A stretch of DNA of 63,999 nt, counting the filler, from Olpidium bornovanus S191 (Eukaryota > Fungi > Olpidiomycota), in assembly GCA_017911155.1 (NCBI GenBank). It is 32 parts of 32 records of this genome, joined end to end, with 100 filler letters (N's around TTAATTAATTAA, not from the genome) between each part and the next. Parts side by side here need not be neighbours in the genome. Positions count along the whole stretch, not along the records: positions 58,803 to 60,563 come from JAEFCI010004440.1; positions 60,664 to 62,763 come from JAEFCI010001463.1; positions 62,864 to 63,999 come from JAEFCI010003468.1; 29 more parts are not named here. The stretch is one strand, 5' to 3'. The translations under genes and the position numbers were made by a program. Positions 58,803 to 63,999 of this stretch are shown in pieces; positions within the stretch are counted from its first letter, which is position 1; every line of letters begins with the position of its first letter. Under the pieces are notes generated by a model that saw only the letters and a program-made list of their open reading frames with translations, made no database searches and was not told the origin of the DNA.

Positions 58803-60150
58803 CATGGAAATTCTGAAGCATCACGTGCGGGATGTGCGCATTGCTGACGGTTGGTTGGCTGATTGACGGGGGAGGCGCACATCATACCGGAGCTAGCGAA
58901 GCCGAGCTGATATTGGCGTTCGGACGGCGATGTTGCAACCAGACGTTGAGCTCGGCAAGATTGCGCGGGGAACCCCTGGCTTCTCGGGTAATATTTTCCT
59001 GCCTTTTTGGCTTGCCCTGGTGGCACGCAGCTTGCACTGAAATGTTAATCTCTACGTTTGTTCTTGCTTATTGATAGGAGCCGATTTGGCAAATCTAGTG
59101 AACATGGCGGCCACCCAGGCTTCACGACTAGGTCATTCGGTCGTGACGACGAAACACATGGACCACGCCAAAGACCGCATACTCATGGGTACCTCGTGCG
59201 GCGTGACACCCTGCAATCGGTATTCATGTGGAATTCGAGCCGATTCGACGTATTCTCACTCAATCTCACGTCGTGCGCTCCGGCAGGGGCTGAGTTGCGA
59301 TCCAAGTTTATCACCGAGGAGACCAAAAAGCTCACCGCATACCACGAGGGCGGACATGCGCTTGTAGCGTTCTACACGCCTGGCGCGATGCCTTTGCACA
59401 AGGCAACCGTCATGCCTAGAGGAAATGCGTTAGGCATGGTACGGGAGCTTTTGAATTTTTTTGCCGCTCGCATGGGCGTTGGATTCCCGCCTGTTTTACG
59501 CCCGGCTTGCGGTGCACATCAGGTCACTTGGACGGTTTTGATCAGCTGACGTGCAGATGCGTGTTTGATTTCACGGCCCTCCACAGGTCGTCCAGCTGCC
59601 GGAAATGGACAAGGAGAACTTCACGCGCAAAGAATACCTCGCGCAGCTAGACGTCGCCATGGGCGGGCGTGTGGCGGAAGAGCTCATTTTTGGAAAAGAG
59701 AACGTCACCTCGGGGGCAATGTCCGACTTCGCGAATGCCACTGGCGTGGCCCGGCGCATGGTCACCCTGTTCGGGATGAGCGACAAGATTGGTCCCGTCT
59801 ACCATCACGAAGACGACATCATCAGCGCCGGCATGAAGGCCACCATTGAGGCAGAGATTAAGGATTTGCTCGAGGTGCGTGTGTTGTACAGCTGGGTCCA
59901 GGGACTTCCCCTCGACGCTCTCTGGCACGACCTGTTGGTAGCAAACATATGGTAGGGTCTGATCGAATTGTCTTATTATTCTTTTCTTTCCTGAACGCCG
60001 CTCTTACAGAACGCAAGGGACCGAGCAGCCAAAATTCTCACCGACCACATGACGGAGTTGCACCGGCTGGCCCTTGCACTGATAGAATTTGAGACCCTTG
60101 CACAGGACGAGATCGAGTCCGTCCTCCAGGGCAGGACTATTGCCCGGTAG
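58803..60150 (+). CDS. YME1: Mitochondrial i-AAA protease, C-terminal part
   Basis: ARGTPGFSG|[16 protein letters not shown]|..[12 protein letters not shown] (HExxH)..[32 protein letters not shown]; stop at 60148-60150. Confidence 0.95.
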
Positions 60151-61360
60151 CCTCCGCCCAGGAATATCCCCTTTCCCCTCCTTCCCTCCCTCCCTGCTCC
60201 GTGCATGTGGAAGTTGCCGTTTTGTAGTTACGAATGACGGCGACATATTCCCACCCGTCTTTGCCTTTTTGCGCTCGTTTTTTTTTCCCCCTTTCACCCC
60301 TTTGCCAGCAACATGCCCCGCCAACATTTGAGTTGATTGAGGTGTATTAATAACCGTTAGTTCCGTAAACTGCAATTTCCCCCCTCCCCCTGCCTCCTTC
60401 CCCCCATTTTTTCCCACTGTACGAAATATTTTTTTTTTTTGGTCATGACCGCGCGTTTGTGAAGTTGCCAAGGTTTGAATATTAAGACGAGCGATCAACT
60501 TTGGCGACGCCAATTTTCATTTATCTTGTTTTGTTTTCACGGTAAGACCGTCCACGACCGTGCNNNNNNNNNNNNNNNNNNNNNNNNNNNNNNNNNNNNN
60601 NNNNNNNTTAATTAATTAANNNNNNNNNNNNNNNNNNNNNNNNNNNNNNNNNNNNNNNNNNNNATCTGATATTCTGACAGTGCTCTGTGTGTCCGATTCG
60701 ATGGTTTGCTAAAACACCAGCAAGGCAGTGTTGGAAGTGAAACCGATGTCCAACAGTGTCGCTCGTGTTTTCCCCCCCTTCATGTATTACTTCATGACAG
60801 TCTTTTTACACTTGCAACTGCACAAGGCAACAGTGGTAGTGGCAGTCGTGGAGAGGGCAGTCTGACAATCCCTGACCTAGTGCAGCCTGGTCAGTGTCGC
60901 CCGGTTCAGCGCAGCCAGGTCAGTGTTGCCTGGTTCAGCGTCACCCGAGACGTTGTGTATTGGAAATGAAAAGCGTATCTCTCCCTCTCTCGCGCAACCC
61001 CACCGCGCTCCGGATATCCTTATTTCCATTTGAAGGTGCACTATTAAAACAAGCAAAAGCTTTCTTTCGGCGAGGGAGAGTGTGACCGCCGGAAGGATAC
61101 CTTGTGGCAAAATCTGGATGGCCATGGACGGTGAGTCAAAAGTATACGGAATGGACGGGGAATCAAAGTATGGCAATATCTGGAATGGATAGCCATAGAC
61201 AGGGAAACAGTTATTTGGATGGGGGGAAACGGCGACTAGCCCTATGGACGGGGACCGGGGAAGTTACAACAGAGGTAGGTTCACCCGCGCGCCCGCCCGC
61301 CCCAGATTGCGACCCGCCCGCCCGTCCACTTTCCGTCTCCCTCTCCCCGCCCACCCCTTC

Positions 61361-61762
61361 TTCGCGACGTTGTACGCCAGAACAAAGACTTACGATCGAG
61401 TTAAAATAAAAGCTTTCGCTGGCTCTTTCTTTGTGAAAAGCAAAGAAAAGGAGATGAAAAAAAAGATAAAAATTGTTTGCGTTTCTGCGCCGTGGGGTCC
61501 GCGACGCTGCCCGCCAGAATTTTGGACTGACGATCAACTTTAAAAAAAATCATTCGTTGGTCCTTCATTGTGAAAAACAAAGGAAAGGAGAAGAGAAAAA
61601 GATAAGAAAGTTTGCTTTTCTGCGCCGCGGGACCCCCTTCGCGACGTTGCACGCCAGAATTTTGGACTTACGATCGCGTTAAGAAATATCCCTCGTTGGC
61701 GCTTCATTTTGGGAAAGAAGGAAAAAGTATAAAATATGTCTGCTTTTCTGCGCCGTGGGAGG
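61361..61762 (+). repeat. Three diverged tandem units of about 125-140 bp
   Basis: Each unit: GCGACG(T/C)TG..CGCCAGAA..GACT(T/G)ACGATC..TTCG(C/T)TGG..A-rich..TTTCTGCGCCG; unit starts near 61361, 61499 and 61638. Confidence 0.9.
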
Positions 61763-61874
61763 ACGGAGCCGGGCTGCGCCGGCTCCTCCCCCCCAGGAGA
61801 AGCACTTTGCTGTGATCGGGACCCGTAAAGCCGCATCGAACGGTTCAGAACGCCATGTGGAGTCGGCGCTCCGA

Positions 61875-62645
61875 ATTTTTTTGTTTTTTTTTGTTTTTTT
61901 GATTTTTTATTTTTTTGTATTTTTTTGTATTTTTTTGTTTTTTTTTGTTTTTTTTGTTTTTTTTTTTTTTTTTTTTTCTTGTTTTCTTTTTTTTGTTTTT
62001 TTCTTTTTTCCTTTTTTTGTTTTTTTTTTGTTTTTGTTTATTTTTTTTGTTTTTTTTGTTTTTTGTTTTTTTTGTTTTTTGTTTTTTGTTTTTTTTTTGT
62101 TTTTTGTTTTTTGTTTTTTGTTTTTTGTTTTTTTTTTTGGTTTTTTTGTTTTTTTTTCGGTTTTTTTGTTTTTTTTTGGTTTTTTTGGTTTTTTAATTTT
62201 TAAAGTTTTTTTGAAAATTTTTTTGGCTTTTTTGGCTTTTTTGGCTTTTTTGGTTTTTTTTATTTTTTTGTTTTTTTGGTTTTTGGTTTTTGGTTTTTTG
62301 GTTTTTTTTGGTTTTTTTTGGTTTTTTTTGGTTTTTTTTGGTTTTTTTTGGTTTTTTGTTTTTTGGGAACGGGAGACGGGCGGGGGAGCGGGGCGGGGGC
62401 GAAGGGGAAGGGGAAGGGGAAGTAAGGGCGGGGGCGAAAGGGAAGGACGGGGAGAGGGAGGTTGGGGGGACGTGGGAGGGGGGAGGTGGAGGGGCGGGGA
62501 GAGCGGGAAGGAAAAGAGAGGGAGACGGGGATTCGATTTTTTTGTTTGCTTTTTGATTTTTTTTTTTGTTTTTTGGTTTTTTTTTGTTTTTTGATTTTTT
62601 TTTTGTTTTTTGATTTTTGATTTTTTTTTTTGTTTTTTGATTTTT
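61875..62645 (+). repeat. T-rich low-complexity tract
   Basis: (T)nG/(T)nGG reiteration ending in poly-G at the contig end; probably poorly assembled. Confidence 0.85.
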
Positions 62646-62663
62646 GATTTTTTTTTGTGGTGG

Positions 62664-62739
<76 letters not shown>

Positions 62740-63849
62740 GGGGGGGGGGGGGGGGGGGGGGGGNNNNNNNNNNNNNNNNNNNNNNNNNNNNNNNNNNNNN
62801 NNNNNNNTTAATTAATTAANNNNNNNNNNNNNNNNNNNNNNNNNNNNNNNNNNNNNNNNNNNNAAAATCGTAATTGGGGCAGCCTGGCAGGTTGATGACC
62901 CCCCACCCCACCCCCCCCCCCCCCCCCACCGCCGCCGCGGAGGTTTTCAAGAGAACCTGCCGCACCCGTGCTGCGTACTCCTCATAAGAGGTCCCGGGCA
63001 AGAATTACATGTGAGTTCATGAGCTCAATGCCTGTCTAAAATTCTTCCTCATGAGTGGAGGAAAAAGCCCTTTCCTCCACCCTCAATCGGGCAAGTTTAG
63101 CCGTCTCTCAAAAGTGCTTACCGGTGGCATAGGCCGATGATCACCTTCACCATCTTGCTCGGAAAATGCCTGACATTGCGCTGGTTGAGGGCCCCAGTCT
63201 TCATGTCCTCAGTTTCCCGCAGGCATCCTGAGGACAATTCTTGATTACCCGTTCCATCTGCCATTTTTGATTGTTCTTTGCACTCGGGGCGGGCGGGAAG
63301 GATCCCACAGCAAAAGGAAAATGATTGGCTTGGTGGCAATTTTTCCCGATAAAAGAAGCGTGCGGACTTTTGCCGTCAGCGATCTTGTTGCTCCGCATCG
63401 CCCCCATCTGTTCTCCCGGCGGACTCGCTCTCTCCTCCTCGCCTTCCTCTCCTGCTCGTTCGCGTTTGCGCGCAGAAAGGGGCTTCTTGCCAGAATCCTA
63501 ACCCATCGGGATAAAAAGCGCCACCGAGCAAACGGGTTGTCAGTCTTACACAGCCTTCTGCTCATAAGGTTACTACGATTACTGATGTTAACGTTGTCAG
63601 AAGCGCCGGGAGCCCGAACCTGCGTTCAATAAAATACGTAGGTTCTTCAATTATTGCAAAGCAAGGATGATGCATGTTGTTTATTAAGTGTCACAAGCGC
63701 TCAAAGTTGCTTCATGGTAAGCTAGCGTGGTCCCTTTCCTAGAGTGGAACGAGGCAGTACGACGGAATCAATGCAGAGGTATGTTGTCTCCACGTTTCAC
63801 TGGTGTAGAATCACTCCGAATTTTCAGGCCCTTCCCTTCCCCCCCCCCC

Positions 63850-63898
<49 letters not shown>

Positions 63899-63999
63899 AC
63901 CCCCCCCCCCCCCCCCTCCTCCCCCCGCACACACACACACACATATACAAACAGAAGAAAACAAGCACCACGCCCAAACTCAACGGGTCACTCATTGCT

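Larger units (their letters stand above)
1243..62863. other. 31 artificial contig-joining spacers (100 nt each: N44-TTAATTAATTAA-N44); this entry spans the first to the last
   Basis: Identical spacers start at 1243, 2702, 3906, 5648, 7366, 9827, 11800, 13732, 16393, 17548, 18717, 20581, 23614, 27130, 28315, 29942, 32707, 39625, 40811, 42309, 43532, 45129, 47523, 49012, 51774, 53366, 54595, 57178, 58703, 60564 and 62764. The core puts stop codons in all six frames. Confidence 0.99.

Noticed and set aside
61755-62594. Long poly-Phe 'membrane protein' ORFs
   Set aside because: They are translations of a T-rich low-complexity tract; the same applies to poly-K/P/G and (ER)n ORFs such as 17852-18772.
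1287-62819. Regularly recurring TTAATTAATTAA as a biological repeat, array or terminator
   Set aside because: Always centred in an exact 100-nt N spacer; it is a scaffolding linker.

Overview
This is not one locus. It is 32 short eukaryotic contigs (about 1-7 kb) joined by 31 identical 100-nt spacers (N44-TTAATTAATTAA-N44), so adjacency across spacers means nothing. The DNA is GC-rich and intron-rich (GT-AG). It is fungal (LYS2 alpha-aminoadipate reductase) and probably from an early-diverging, possibly zoosporic lineage (dynein stalk, TBCK, Gemin7, HAPSTR1-like genes); the resemblance to an Olpidium-like amplified assembly is inference only. Recognisable genes, mostly partial: CBS-like, KHA1, choline/ethanolamine kinase, CDC23, NMA111, CBS-PB1 protein, LYS2, nucleolin-like RRM-RGG, GPI3/PIG-A, MGT1, SHMT, MED7, a DEAH helicase, RPN3, TBCK and YME1, plus Ty1/copia and Ty3/gypsy relics. 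Two observations stand out, and both needed manual splicing. (1) A kynurenine-formamidase-like alpha/beta hydrolase is fused in frame to a C-terminal Gemin7 (SMN complex) domain. (2) A decaying intron-containing PrimPol/AEP primase-polymerase gene carries the same CGTGCGCGCACG-centred palindrome in its promoter and in two introns. Also notable: a multivalent QT-motif (LC8-binding-like) protein, a CBS paralog with a degenerate PLP loop, and a disrupted dynein stalk fragment. All family calls come from motif recognition by eye; no database searches were run.
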